Notes: a model not told the origin generated them from the sequence alone. Positions 19,190 through 29,543 are shown, counted from the stretch's first letter. The stretch is DNA of 64,000 nt from Vicinamibacteria bacterium (GCA_963555995.3 OY821641.1:1376001-1440000); one strand, 5' to 3'. Made by a program: numbers and translations.

Positions 19190-20554
19190 TCAGCGCGGGC
19201 GCGGGACCAGCAGCAGGCGCTCCATCCGGGGATCAATGTAGGTCGTCGTCTCGCCGTCGAAGATGGCGTCCTCCTCGAGGGCGATCCGGACTTCCTGGCC
19301 GTCCCACTCGGGCACCGCGACCCGGGCGTTCAGTTCGATGGAATGAGCGGTCATCGGAAAGAGCTCGTAGTCGCCCTTGCCGGGAACGCCCTCTTGCCGG
19401 TCCCAGAGGCCGATGGTGGGACCCGCCGCGTGGCCGTGGAAGCCGATCGGATGCGTGTAGATCGAGGCCTTGATCCCCTCGCTCTCCGCCTGGGCCAGGG
19501 CCGCCGCCAGGATTTCGTTGCCGGTCCGTCCGGCCACGAACTCGTCCGTCAGGATGTCCTGGAGCCGGTTTCCGGTGGAGAACGCTTCGCCGAGCCCGGC
19601 CGGGGCCGCCGTTTCGCCGTGCCGCAGCACGTAGGCGTGCATCTGGGTGTCCGTGTTGAGCCGGAGATAGGTGATCCCGAAGTCCACGTGGATCAGGTCG
19701 CCCGGCAGGATGGTGTTCGGCGGGGGGCGGGAGGAGAAGTCGCCCTGCTCCCCGGAATTGCCGCCGAACATCGCGCCCTCCCGGCGCTGCACCGAAACCC
19801 CCGGTTGGAACCAGGTCTGGAGCTTCAGTTCCCGGATCCGCTCGCGGTACCACCAGGATAGGTCCTGCGTCGTGGTGACCCCCGGCTGGATGGCCTTTTC
19901 CGACAGTCCCTCGGAGATGATCGAGCGCGCCAGCCTGACGACCGCCGGATAGACGGCCATCTCCTCCGGGGTCCGGGTTTCGAGCCAGGCGATGGCGAGC
20001 CGCTCGGCGTCGTGGAGCCGTCCCGCGAGGTCGAGTCCGAGCGCCGCCCGGAGCGCCTCGTACTCCGTGGACGTGATTCCGTCGGCGAGTCCGAAGTCCG
20101 TCGAGCGGTTCACGCCGATCACCCGGGGGTTCCGCTCCCGGACGAGTTCGGCTACCCGCGCCCACTGGTCGGGTTCGGTTTCCGGGTCCCAGGCGCCGGG
20201 GATGCCCCCGATGTCGTAGCGCGCCACCGCGAAACGCTCCACGCCCTCCTCCGCGCCGCGGTCGTGGAACACCAGCACGGTCCGCCGCCGCGCCGCCAGC
20301 CAGGTGTAGGGCAGCATGGTGCGGATGACCGGGTCCTCGTTGTACTCCCGCGCCGCGACGATCCACAGGTCCACGCCCTCGCGCCGCATGATCTCCGGCA
20401 GGACGGTCTCGAAACGGATCTCCAGCCAGCGGTCCACGAGCGCCGCGCGTTCCCGCAGCGGGAGGACCGTGGGAGCGGACTGTCCGGCCGCGATCACCGG
20501 CAGTAAGAGGGCCGCGAGCAGAGCGGGAATGACCAGGTTCCGGTTCCAGCGCAT
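19190..20554 (-). CDS. Secreted M24 family metallopeptidase (Xaa-Pro aminopeptidase-like)
   Basis: Signal peptide; HVDFG...NTDTQ, YTHPIGFHGH, HSIEL, LEED pita-bread ligands. Confidence 0.8.
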   Translation of the reverse strand: MRWNRNLVIPALLAALLLPVIAAGQSAPTVLPLRERAALVDRWLEIRFETVLPEIMRREGVDLWIVAAREYNEDPVIRTMLPYTWLAARRRTVLVFHDRGAEEGVERFAVARYDIGGIPGAWDPETEPDQWARVAELVRERNPRVIGVNRSTDFGLADGITSTEYEALRAALGLDLAGRLHDAERLAIAWLETRTPEEMAVYPAVVRLARSIISEGLSEKAIQPGVTTTQDLSWWYRERIRELKLQTWFQPGVSVQRREGAMFGGNSGEQGDFSSRPPPNTILPGDLIHVDFGITYLRLNTDTQMHAYVLRHGETAAPAGLGEAFSTGNRLQDILTDEFVAGRTGNEILAAALAQAESEGIKASIYTHPIGFHGHAAGPTIGLWDRQEGVPGKGDYELFPMTAHSIELNARVAVPEWDGQEVRIALEEDAIFDGETTTYIDPRMERLLLVPRPR

Positions 20555-20670
20555 GCGAGTTCTCCTTTGTCCGTCCGGGCGGACCGCGCGGGCAGCATAC
20601 CGATAGACTCGGCGGCCGCCCGTTCCGGCGGACCCGGTGCCCGAGCGGAGCGGCCCGCGGAGGAAGACAC

Positions 20671-22251
20671 ATGGCCCGACGTTTTCTGCGACTCGCGCTC
20701 CTGCCCGCGGCGGCGTTGGCCGTCGGCTGTGGCGAGCCCTACGATGTGGTGCTCGCCGGCGGGGACGTGCACGACGGCCGGGGCGGGGCCGCCCGGGTCG
20801 CCGACGTGGGCATCCGGGACGGCCGGGTGGCGACGGTGGGTGCCCTGTCGGGCGCCCGCGCCGAGACGCGAACCGACGTCTCGGGGCTCGCCGTGGTGCC
20901 CGGCTTCGTGGACCTCCACAGCCACGCGGTGCGCGGCGTGCTCCGCCATCCGCTCGCCGAGAACTACCTCCGGCAGGGGGTGACGACCGCCATGGGCGGC
21001 CCGGACGGCGGCTCGCCGCTGCCCATCGGCGAGTGGCTCGCGGAGTTCGAGGCCGAGGGCTCCGCGATCAACATGGGGCTGATGGTCGGCCACGGCACCG
21101 TCCGCCGGGAAGTGATCGGCATGGAAGACCGGGTGCCCACCGAGGCGGAGCTCGACGCGATGCGGGCGCTGGTGGAGCAGGCGATGCAGGAGGGCGCCTA
21201 CGGGCTCTCGACCGGACTGAAGTACGCGCCGGGCACCTTCGCCGAGACCGAGGAGGTCATCGAGCTCGCGAAGGTCGCCGGACGCTACGGCGGCATCCAC
21301 GTCAGCCACATGCGCGAAGAGGGGTTGACGCTGATGGACTCCGTCCGGGAAACCATCCGGATCGGCGAGGAGGGGGGCCTGCCGACCCAGCTCACGCACC
21401 ACAAGGTGGTGGGCGCCCCGATGTGGGGCCAGAGCGTCGAGAGCCTCCGCCTCGTGGACGAGGCCGTCGCGCGCGGGGTGGACGTGACGATTGACCAGTA
21501 CCCCTACACCGCGTCATCCACCGGGCTCACCATCCTGTTCCCCGGATGGAGCCTCGCCGGCGGGAACGACGCGCTGTTGGAGCGCCTTCAGGACCCGGAG
21601 ACGCGCGAGCGGATCCGCCAGGAGGTCAAGCGCAACATCGAGGTGGACCGGGGCGGCGGGAGTCCCGACAACGTGCAGATCTCCCGGTGCGCGTGGGACC
21701 CCTCGCTCGAAGGAAAGACCATGGGGGACATCCTGCGGGAGCGGGGACTGGAATCGAACCCCGACAACGGCGCGACGCTGGCGCTGGAGCTCCAGGAGAA
21801 CGGCGGTTTCGGCGGCGTCTTCCACGCCATGCATGAGGACGACGTCCGCCGGATCATGGCGCATCCCCGCACGATGATCTCTTCGGACGGGGGCGTGGTG
21901 GCGCCCGGCGAAGGGGTGCCGCACCCGCGCAACTACGGCACCTTCTCCCGGGTGCTGAGCCTCTACGTCCGGGAGGCGGGCCTGCTGTCCTTCGAGGAGG
22001 CCATCCGGAAGATGGCGTCCTTCCCGGCGGAGAGGCTCGGTCTCGGCGGCCGGGGCGTCATCGAGGAAGGAGCCATCGCCGACATCGCCGTTCTGGACCC
22101 GGCGACCGTAGAGGAACACGGCGAGTTCGGGGATCCGCACCACTACTCGACCGGAGTGCAGCACGTGCTGGTCTCCGGGGTCTTCGTTCTCCAGGACGGC
22201 GAGGTGACGGGGGCGAGGCCCGGCAAGGCGCTCCGATTGAACGCTCCGTGA
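20671..22251 (+). CDS. N-acyl-D-amino-acid deacylase family amidohydrolase (lipoprotein)
   Basis: Lipobox LAVGC; PGFVDLHSH, GLSTGL.YAPG, SHMREE, DQYPYTASST, SSDG, PHPRNYGTF. Confidence 0.88.
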   Translation: MARRFLRLALLPAAALAVGCGEPYDVVLAGGDVHDGRGGAARVADVGIRDGRVATVGALSGARAETRTDVSGLAVVPGFVDLHSHAVRGVLRHPLAENYLRQGVTTAMGGPDGGSPLPIGEWLAEFEAEGSAINMGLMVGHGTVRREVIGMEDRVPTEAELDAMRALVEQAMQEGAYGLSTGLKYAPGTFAETEEVIELAKVAGRYGGIHVSHMREEGLTLMDSVRETIRIGEEGGLPTQLTHHKVVGAPMWGQSVESLRLVDEAVARGVDVTIDQYPYTASSTGLTILFPGWSLAGGNDALLERLQDPETRERIRQEVKRNIEVDRGGGSPDNVQISRCAWDPSLEGKTMGDILRERGLESNPDNGATLALELQENGGFGGVFHAMHEDDVRRIMAHPRTMISSDGGVVAPGEGVPHPRNYGTFSRVLSLYVREAGLLSFEEAIRKMASFPAERLGLGGRGVIEEGAIADIAVLDPATVEEHGEFGDPHHYSTGVQHVLVSGVFVLQDGEVTGARPGKALRLNAP

Positions 22252-23771
22252 CGCCCGCGGCAGGCGGGGGATCGCGCCCCCGGGTGGTCGCGGCGATCGA
22301 CCAGGGGACCACGAGCAGCCGCTGCCTCCTCTTCGCCCGCGATGGCGCCATCGTCGGATCGGCGCAACGGGAGCACCGCCAGCTCACGCCGCGTCCCGGC
22401 TGGGTGGAACACGACGCGGTGGAGATCTGGGAGCGGACCGGCGAGGTGGTCGCCGGCGCGCTCCGAAACGGGGGGCTCGACGGGAAGGACATCGCCGCGG
22501 TCGGAATCACGAATCAGCGCGAGACCACGGTGGTCTGGGACCCGGCCACGGGCGAGCCGCTCGCCCCGGCGATCGTGTGGCAGGACACCCGGACCGCCGG
22601 GCTCGCTGCCGAGCTCGACGCCGCGGTCGGCGCCGAGCGCCTCCGGGAGCTGACCGGGCTCCCCGCTGCCACCTATTTCTCGGGGCCGAAACTGCGCTGG
22701 CTGCTCGATCACGACGAGGGCCTTCGGGACCGCGCGCTCGCGGGCCGCGCGCTGTTCGGCACCGTGGAGTCCTGGCTCGCCTGGAAGCTCACCGGCGGTG
22801 CGGTTCATCGCACCGACGCGACCAACGCCAGCCGCACCCTGATGATGGATCTCGGAAAGCTCCGCTGGAGCGGCGAGCTGATCGAGGCGCTGGAAGTGCC
22901 CGCTTCCATGCTTCCCGAGATCGCGCCCTCGTCCCACCCGGAAGCCTGGGGCCGGACGCTCAAAGACGGCCCCTTCGGCGCCGCGGTGCCGATCACCGGC
23001 GTGATCGGGGACCAGCAGGCGGCGCTGCTCGGCCAGTTGCGCCGCCGCCCCGGGGAGGCGAAGTGCACCTATGGGACCGGGGCCTTCCTGTTGATGCACA
23101 CCGGACCCGAAGCGGTGGCGTCGAAAGCGGGGCTCCTGACCACGGTCGCCTACAGCGATGCGGCGGGAGTGGACTACGCGCTGGAGGGTTCGGTGGCGGT
23201 CGCCGGATCGCTCGTCCAGTGGCTCCGCGACCAGTTGGGATTCGGACAGTCGGCGGCCGAGGTGGAGCGGCTGGCGCTCGAGGTGGAGGACTCCGGCGGC
23301 GCGGTCATCGTTCCGGCGTTTTCCGGGCTGTTCGCTCCCTGGTGGCGTTCCGACGCCCGCGGGGTGATCTGTGGACTGACGCGCCACACCGACCGCCGCC
23401 ACTTGGCGCGCGCCGCGATCGAGGCCTCGGCGTTCCAGGTCCGCGAGGTGATCGAAGCGATGCGCGCCGACGCCGGGCATGCGCCCCGCGAACTGCGGGT
23501 GGACGGCGGCATGACCGTGAGCGGACTCCTGCTCGCCTTCCAGGCCGACATTCTCGGAATACCGGTGGTGCGTCCGCGGTGCGTCGAGACCACGGCGCTC
23601 GGAGCGGCGGTCGCGGCCGGCCTCACCACGGGGTTCTGGGAGTCCGAGACCGAACTGGCGAAGGCTCTCGAAGAGGACGCCCGCTTCGAGCCCGGGATGT
23701 CCGGCGCCGAGCGGGACGAGCGGCTCGCCGCCTGGAGCAAGGCGGTGGAGCGCAGTTTCGGCTGGGTGTAG
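22248..23771 (+). CDS. glpK: Glycerol kinase
   Basis: AIDQGTTSSR, GWVEHD, GITNQRETT, IVWQD, YFSGPK, TDATNASRT, GDQQAAL, K.TYGTG.F, VDGG. Confidence 0.93.
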   Translation: MTPAAGGGSRPRVVAAIDQGTTSSRCLLFARDGAIVGSAQREHRQLTPRPGWVEHDAVEIWERTGEVVAGALRNGGLDGKDIAAVGITNQRETTVVWDPATGEPLAPAIVWQDTRTAGLAAELDAAVGAERLRELTGLPAATYFSGPKLRWLLDHDEGLRDRALAGRALFGTVESWLAWKLTGGAVHRTDATNASRTLMMDLGKLRWSGELIEALEVPASMLPEIAPSSHPEAWGRTLKDGPFGAAVPITGVIGDQQAALLGQLRRRPGEAKCTYGTGAFLLMHTGPEAVASKAGLLTTVAYSDAAGVDYALEGSVAVAGSLVQWLRDQLGFGQSAAEVERLALEVEDSGGAVIVPAFSGLFAPWWRSDARGVICGLTRHTDRRHLARAAIEASAFQVREVIEAMRADAGHAPRELRVDGGMTVSGLLLAFQADILGIPVVRPRCVETTALGAAVAAGLTTGFWESETELAKALEEDARFEPGMSGAERDERLAAWSKAVERSFGWV

Positions 23772-23822
23772 CGGGGGACGGAGCAGGCCCGGAAGGCGGT
23801 GTTCCCAGGCGGGGTGGGGTGA

Positions 23823-23880
23823 CGACGTGCGCGGCGCGGAGCGCCGCGCGTGCCGGTCTGGAGACCGGCGTTCCAAGCCG
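23823..23880 (-). repeat. REP-like double-hairpin element between convergent genes
   Basis: GCGCGGCGC-GGA-GCGCCGCGC-GT-GCCGGTCT-GG-AGACCGGC-GTTCCAAGCC. Confidence 0.9.
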
Positions 23881-23907
23881 GTGGGCCGTCACGGCGGCCG
23901 GCGTGGT

Positions 23908-25008
23908 TCACGGGGCCAGGATGCGGGTGTCGGCGACGGGCCAGTAGAGGCGGACGGCGTCGCCTTCGCGGGCGAGGCTCTCGAACAGGGTGTTGCCGCG
24001 CGCGAGCAGCCGGGTTCCCCCCTCGAGTTCGAGTTCGATCTCCAGGCGGTCCCCGAGGAAGGAGATGCGCCGGACGGTGGCGCCGATCCGGTTGAAGCCG
24101 GGCGCCGCCGGCGGATGTCCGATCTGGACCACCTCGGGCCGCATCGCGAGCAGCATCCCGCCGTCGCCGCCGGAACTCGCGGGAGCGGCCGGTGGGCCGC
24201 CGTCCCGCTCCGCGCGCAACACCGGACCGCCGGGTAGCCGGAACGTGTCCGCCTTGTCCTTCTCGGGGACGGCGCGCAGCAGGTTCATCTTGCCGACGAA
24301 ACTGGCCACGAAGGTGTTGGCCGGCCGGGTGTGGAGCTCCAGGGGAGTCCCGACCTGCTGGAGCCGGCCCTGGTTCAGGACGGCCACCCGGTCGGCGACG
24401 GTCAGCGCTTCTTCCTGGTCGTGGGTGACCCACACCGTCGTCGCCTCGAAGGACCGTTGCAGGCTGCGCAGGAGCGACCGCAGTTCGCGCCGCAGCGTCT
24501 GATCGAGGCTCGAGAGCGGTTCGTCGAGGAGCAGCACCTCCGGGCGGATGGCGAGCGCCCGGGCGACGGCCACCCGCTGCGCTTCCCCTCCCGAAATCTC
24601 ACGGGGATAGCGGTCCGCGAGTTCGAGGAGGCCCACCCGTTCCAGCATCTCGTCGGCGAGGTCCGCCGCCTCGCCGCGGGACGCTCCGCGCCGTTCGGGG
24701 CCGAACGCGACGTTCCTCCGGAGGCTCAGGTGCGGGAAGAGGGCATAGCTCTGGAAGACCATTCCCACGTTCCGGTTTTCGGGCGGCGCCTGATCCATCA
24801 GCTCGCCTCCGATCCAGACCTCCCCCGCGTCCGGTTCGAGGTGCCCGGCGATGCAACGGAGGATGGTGGACTTGCCGGCGCCGCTGGAGCCGAGCAGGGC
24901 CATCAGCTCTCCGCGTCCCACCCGCAGCGTTACGTCCGACACCGATTCGGTCTCGCCGAATCGTTTGCCGAGCCCTTCGAGGGCGAGCCCGGCCTCGCGT
25001 GGATTCAT
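23908..25008 (-). CDS. ABC transporter ATP-binding protein (PotA/FbpC-like, TOBE domain)
   Basis: GSSGAGKST, VFQSYALFPH, ISGGEAQR, LLLDEP, VTHDQEEA. ATG 25008 overlaps the upstream stop (ATGA). Confidence 0.9.
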   Translation of the reverse strand: MNPREAGLALEGLGKRFGETESVSDVTLRVGRGELMALLGSSGAGKSTILRCIAGHLEPDAGEVWIGGELMDQAPPENRNVGMVFQSYALFPHLSLRRNVAFGPERRGASRGEAADLADEMLERVGLLELADRYPREISGGEAQRVAVARALAIRPEVLLLDEPLSSLDQTLRRELRSLLRSLQRSFEATTVWVTHDQEEALTVADRVAVLNQGRLQQVGTPLELHTRPANTFVASFVGKMNLLRAVPEKDKADTFRLPGGPVLRAERDGGPPAAPASSGGDGGMLLAMRPEVVQIGHPPAAPGFNRIGATVRRISFLGDRLEIELELEGGTRLLARGNTLFESLAREGDAVRLYWPVADTRILAP

Positions 25009-26657
25009 GATCGTCCGAAGAGCCACTTGGCTCCCGAGCCCGACCCGCCGGCCGCATCGCCGGAATCCGTGGGCTTCACGGCGGGAAGGACCGTCGTCGC
25101 CGGCTTCGGGGGCGTGGCCGGCGGTTCCTTGCCCAGGAAGCTGCGAACGGGCGCCGAATAGGGGAACTGATGCGGGTCGCGCACGGCCGCGCCGCGGGTC
25201 AGGTTCGCGAAGCGGTCGCGGATGGCCCCCGGTGGCGGGGGTGCGAAGGGAGGGCCGGAAGAGGCCGTCAGGGTCGGACCGGCCCGGGACCGAATCGTCA
25301 CCTTCGCCCACCGGATGCGGCGGCTCGAAGGTGCGCCCGCTTCGCCGAACTCGTGCGCCTTGACGGTGACCCGCTCGGCGAGCGTGATCGTGGCCGGGGC
25401 TCGAAACCGTGGATACCGGTCGGCGCCGAAGGGAACCCGCCGGTAGCGGGCTTCGAGCCACAGCGCGACCGCCGTGGGAATATGGCTCTGCATGGCGATC
25501 GGCCCGGTGTCCGGGCGGGCCCAGCCGGATACCGTCGCCGAGAAGGGGTAGGTCTCGACCGTGATCGCCTCGACGGTCTCCGGGTCCACCCGGGGCAGCT
25601 TTTCGATGGCGGCCAGCGCGGACTGCACCGCCCGGGAACCGGGAAACTTCTTGAGCGCAATCGTGTGGATCGCCCTCGTCGCGGTGCGGGCATCGAACGA
25701 GGTAAGCCCTGGACGGCGCGACCGGCGGGAAAGTGACGGCGTGGGGAGAAGCCCGATGGGATTCTTGATTTTCAGCGCGCTGGCCGCTCCGAGAAGTTGA
25801 CCGAAGGCGCCAAAGAGCAGCTTCGCGCTCGCACCGTCGCTGAACGCCCGGTAGGGATGCAGCGGGGTCAGCGCACTGGCGCGCCGGATGCTCTGCGCCA
25901 GTTTCCGCGCGCCGACCCCCTCGAGACGACCGACCGCGGCCGCGGTGGCCACGGGGGCGAGCGCGCCGGGGGAGTGGATGCCGGCCTCCTCCATCGCCGT
26001 CCCGACCGCGTCCCGGTGCCAGCTTCCGATGCCGCAGCCGACGATGATCGCGTCGAGGAGTTCGCCCAGGGTGCGGTCGCGCGCCTCGGCCGCCGCCACC
26101 GCGGCCGCGATGCATTCCGGTCCGGCATGCAGTTCGTGCGAATCTCCGACGAGGCGATTCCACACGATCGCGGACCAGAGGCCCGCCGAGCTGCGACCCG
26201 CCGCGGGCCGCCAGAGCGTTACGGGAGGGACGGACCCGCCCCGGAAGGAGTCGAGGATGCTCTCCGCCTCGCCGCCCGTCAGGAAGGCGGGCAACGGCTC
26301 CGCCGCGCCGATGGCCAGGGTGTCGGTGAGCAGCATCTGGGCCACGCGCCGCTCCGTGCTCAGAAATCGCGTGCTCGCCGCCCACTCCGCCGCGTCGCGA
26401 ACGTCGTCCAGATGGGTTGCCCGGACAAGGTTGACGGCGTCGGGGTCCACGTCCGCCGGGTCCGGCGGCCCTGCCCATCCCTCCGGCACGGGCCGCTGCG
26501 GCCCGGTGATCCCGGCCCGGACCCACCCCTCGGCGAGCCCCTCCAGCCAGCCGCGAAACCCGGCGGCCCGGGATCCCAGCGCCGCGGGATGCGGCATGAG
26601 ACAGCGGACGAGCGCATCCACGCTCTCCCGGGAAACGGGTGGGTCTTCGGGCTTCAT
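25005..26657 (-). CDS. MmgE/PrpD family protein (divergent, N-terminally extended)
   Basis: LLTDTLAIG, LHAGPECIAAAVAAAE...LLDAIIVG, GIHSPG, ASAK, LKKFPGSRAVQSAL, SHIPTAVAL, IRDRFANL. ATG 26657 is coupled to the binding-protein stop (TGATG). Confidence 0.65.
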   Translation of the reverse strand: MKPEDPPVSRESVDALVRCLMPHPAALGSRAAGFRGWLEGLAEGWVRAGITGPQRPVPEGWAGPPDPADVDPDAVNLVRATHLDDVRDAAEWAASTRFLSTERRVAQMLLTDTLAIGAAEPLPAFLTGGEAESILDSFRGGSVPPVTLWRPAAGRSSAGLWSAIVWNRLVGDSHELHAGPECIAAAVAAAEARDRTLGELLDAIIVGCGIGSWHRDAVGTAMEEAGIHSPGALAPVATAAAVGRLEGVGARKLAQSIRRASALTPLHPYRAFSDGASAKLLFGAFGQLLGAASALKIKNPIGLLPTPSLSRRSRRPGLTSFDARTATRAIHTIALKKFPGSRAVQSALAAIEKLPRVDPETVEAITVETYPFSATVSGWARPDTGPIAMQSHIPTAVALWLEARYRRVPFGADRYPRFRAPATITLAERVTVKAHEFGEAGAPSSRRIRWAKVTIRSRAGPTLTASSGPPFAPPPPGAIRDRFANLTRGAAVRDPHQFPYSAPVRSFLGKEPPATPPKPATTVLPAVKPTDSGDAAGGSGSGAKWLFGRS

Positions 26658-27703
26658 CAGGGAATGATCTCGCGACGGAAACGGGTTGCCCACGATGGAC
26701 GCAGGTCGCCCAGGGTCACCATGTCGAGCCGCATGAGCGTGTCGGAAGGCGGCAGGCCGGGGGGGATCGGGGTATCGCTCCGCGACGGGACCAGTTGGAG
26801 TTCCCGGGCCGCGAGTTGCTGCGCCTCGAGGGAGAACATGTAGTCCGCGAACGCCCGCGCGAGTTCGGGGCGCCGGGTCCCGGACACGATCTGGATCCCC
26901 TGCGGCAGGGCGATGGCGCCTTCGGCAGGCGCAGTCCACCCCACGGGAGCGCCTCCGGCGGCGAGGTGTCGCGCCTGCGAGGGCAGTCCCAGCGTGAGCC
27001 ACGCTTCGCCCTGGGCGACCAACTGGTTGTTGGCGGGTCCGCTGGTGCCGTACACCAGGACGTTGTTGCCGAGCCGGCCGAGTCTTTGGAATCCCGCGTC
27101 CGCGTCGGTCTCGTTCCCGGTAGCGATGCGCGCCAGGGCGGCCACCGTGAGCGGGCCGAGCGTGCTCCCGAACCCGAACAGCGCGAGCCGCCCCTCGAGC
27201 GCGGGATCTTCCAGCGCGGTCCAGGAGGCAGGCGGAGAGGGGAGATGCTCCGCGTTGTAGAGAAACCCGATGGCGGAGGCGAACGTGGCCGGAAGAGCTC
27301 GCCGGCTGAACCAGGCATCCGGGTCGGCCCACGCGGCATTGGGCACCCGCAGTTCCCCCTCCCGCGAGGTCTCCGGGTCGAAGGGAGTTTCGACGAGCCC
27401 TTCGCGCGCGAGCAGCGCCGCCTCTCCCGCGTCGATCCACAGGACATCGAGGGACGGATTTCCTCTCTCGACGCGCACGCGGGCGGCCTGGTCGGCGGAT
27501 CGGAGTCCCACCGGGATGAGGTTGGCGCCCGTGGCCGCCTCGAACGGTCCGGCGAAGTGGTCCTCGAGGTCGGCGATGCGGCCCGGTGGGACCGCGATCA
27601 CCAGGTCCTCGCCCGCGCGGCCGGCGCATCCGGCGGACAGGCTCGCCGCCAGCAGCAGGAAGCACGCTGAACGCGGCCTCGGGGGGCGCCGCCCGGAGGT
27701 CAT
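26657..27703 (-). CDS. ABC transporter substrate-binding lipoprotein (PotD/SBP_bac_6-8-like)
   Basis: Lipobox LSAGC; FLYNAE, PPASWTAL.DP, PAEGA, ELARAFADYMFSLEAQ. Confidence 0.8.
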   Translation of the reverse strand: MTSGRRPPRPRSACFLLLAASLSAGCAGRAGEDLVIAVPPGRIADLEDHFAGPFEAATGANLIPVGLRSADQAARVRVERGNPSLDVLWIDAGEAALLAREGLVETPFDPETSREGELRVPNAAWADPDAWFSRRALPATFASAIGFLYNAEHLPSPPASWTALEDPALEGRLALFGFGSTLGPLTVAALARIATGNETDADAGFQRLGRLGNNVLVYGTSGPANNQLVAQGEAWLTLGLPSQARHLAAGGAPVGWTAPAEGAIALPQGIQIVSGTRRPELARAFADYMFSLEAQQLAARELQLVPSRSDTPIPPGLPPSDTLMRLDMVTLGDLRPSWATRFRREIIP

Positions 27704-28551
27704 CGGTTTGGTTCGAGAGCGGCCGGATCCGCTGGCCGGCCGCTTCCGGAGGCCGAATCCCGGGTCCTGAGCGGCCCGGAGATCCGATCCGTCAGCACCG
27801 CGGCGGCCACCGCGGCGGCGATGGTGAGGGTGCTCACCGCGGCGACGGTGGGGTCCTGGTAGCGGTCCACGGTCTCGTAGATGGCCACCGGCAGGGTGAC
27901 GGTTCGGCCGCTGGCCAGGAGCAGCGACAGCGCGAAGTTGCCGAAGGAGATCACGAAGGCGGACACCGCGCCGGCAACGATACCCGCGCGGGCGCTGGGC
28001 AGGGTCACGAGGAAGAGGGTCGCGAAGGGGCCGGCGCCCAGGCTGCGCGCCTGGTCTTCGAGCGCCGGATCGGTGGACTCGAGGGACGCCGCCACGCTGC
28101 GGACGACCCAGGGGATCGTGATGAGGAGGTGGGCGGCGACCAGCGGCAGCAGCGTCCCCGCGGTCCGGATGCCGGTGGCGTTCGCGAGCACCGCGGCGCT
28201 CGTCAGCACGCCGAGACCGAGGACGAGACCGGGGAGGCTCAGCGGGGAAAGGAGAACGGCGAGGAAGGCCTCGCGTCCCGGGAGCGAGCCGCGGGTGAGC
28301 GCGAGCGCCGCCGGGATGCCGGTGACGAGAGCCGCTCCCGTCGCGACCGCTCCCAGCAGCAGGCTCGTGAAGAGGCCGGAAATGAGCCGCGGCTGGTCGG
28401 CGAGGCCCGCGTACCAGCGAAGACTCATGCCCGACGGTGGGATCTCGAGCGCCGCCCCCGGACTCACGGAATAGACGATCACGGCGAGGGGCGCGAGGAG
28501 GAGTACGGCGTAGGCGACCGCCGCGGCCGCTCCCAGCGCGATGCGCGGCAC
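27700..28551 (-). CDS. ABC transporter permease (PotC-like)
   Basis: SLRWY, LSPLSLPGLVLG, EAA-like LEDQARSLGA, FVISFGNF. Confidence 0.85.
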   Translation of the reverse strand: MPRIALGAAAAVAYAVLLLAPLAVIVYSVSPGAALEIPPSGMSLRWYAGLADQPRLISGLFTSLLLGAVATGAALVTGIPAALALTRGSLPGREAFLAVLLSPLSLPGLVLGLGVLTSAAVLANATGIRTAGTLLPLVAAHLLITIPWVVRSVAASLESTDPALEDQARSLGAGPFATLFLVTLPSARAGIVAGAVSAFVISFGNFALSLLLASGRTVTLPVAIYETVDRYQDPTVAAVSTLTIAAAVAAAVLTDRISGPLRTRDSASGSGRPADPAALEPNR

Positions 28552-28560
28552 TACCGGCCC

Positions 28561-29415
28561 CTAAGTCCCGAAAGTGCGCGCCGATCGGCGGCGGCTCAGG
28601 AGCGCCGCCCCGCCGAGCAGCGCCGAAGCGAAGAGGAGCAACGCGATGGAGGCGGCGGCCGCGGTGGGCCAGTCGAAGCTGATGGTCACCAGCTCGTAGA
28701 TCTCCATCACGAAGGTTCGGGCCGCCGATCCGCCGAGCAGGGCGGGGATGGCGTAGGCCGAGAGGCTTCCCACCAGGACGAAACTCGCTCCGGCCACGAA
28801 GCCGGGCAGGGTGAGGGGCGCCACCACCGCGAAGAAGGTGCGCGCCGGCGACGCTCCCAGGCCGCGGGCGGCGGCCAGGAGGTCGGGATCAATCCGGTCG
28901 AGGCTGGCCGCCAGCGCGAGGATCATGAACGGGAGGAAGGACTCGGTCAGGGCGAGGAGCACGGCCGCCTCGGTGTGCAGGAGACCGGCGCGGGGCAGCG
29001 AGAGCGCCGCGAGCGTTTCCCCGACGAATCCCTGGCGGCCCAGGATCAGCATCCAGCCGTAGGCGCGCACCACGACCGACATCAGCAACGGGGAGACGAT
29101 CAGCAGCGTCTGGATCCGGCGGGACAGCCCCCGCGAGCGGGAGAGGAACAGGGCGACCGGAAAGCCGAGGAGCGTGACCAGGACCGTCGTGAGGAGTGAG
29201 AGGCGGAGCGTCCGCAGGGCGACCGACGGATAGGGAGCGCTCAGCAGTCCGGCGAAGGAATCGAGTTCCGGGCCCCCGCTGAGCGGCGCGACCGGGCCGG
29301 GGGGATAGAGCGCCACGCGGAACAGCAGACCGATGGGCGCCGCGGCCACCACCGCAACCACGAGGAGAGCCGGCAGGAGCAGCAGGCCAGCGACCCGTCG
29401 CCTGCTCCGGTCCAT
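28561..29415 (-). CDS. ABC transporter permease (PotB-like)
   Basis: LGFPVA, SVVVRAYGW, LPFMIL, AAARGLGA, IPALLGG. Confidence 0.85.
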   Translation of the reverse strand: MDRSRRRVAGLLLLPALLVVAVVAAAPIGLLFRVALYPPGPVAPLSGGPELDSFAGLLSAPYPSVALRTLRLSLLTTVLVTLLGFPVALFLSRSRGLSRRIQTLLIVSPLLMSVVVRAYGWMLILGRQGFVGETLAALSLPRAGLLHTEAAVLLALTESFLPFMILALAASLDRIDPDLLAAARGLGASPARTFFAVVAPLTLPGFVAGASFVLVGSLSAYAIPALLGGSAARTFVMEIYELVTISFDWPTAAAASIALLLFASALLGGAALLSRRRSARTFGT

Positions 29416-29543
29416 GTCCGGGAGGGATTCTATGGGGCGGGGGAAGACGGCCGGTGGCAAACCCCGCGGCGCTCGATGTTGCATTTCGGTCGGGACACAC
29501 CCGGCATTCCTCCCTCACGCACCGCCGGGAACGAAAACGGCAG

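Noticed and set aside
16476-19241. Very long ORFs overlapping real genes (e.g. 16476-19241, 41902-43530, 47740-50379, 34617-36977, 11126-13363)
   Set aside because: Antisense or alternate-frame shadows expected at this GC content; Arg/Gly/Pro-rich with no motifs.
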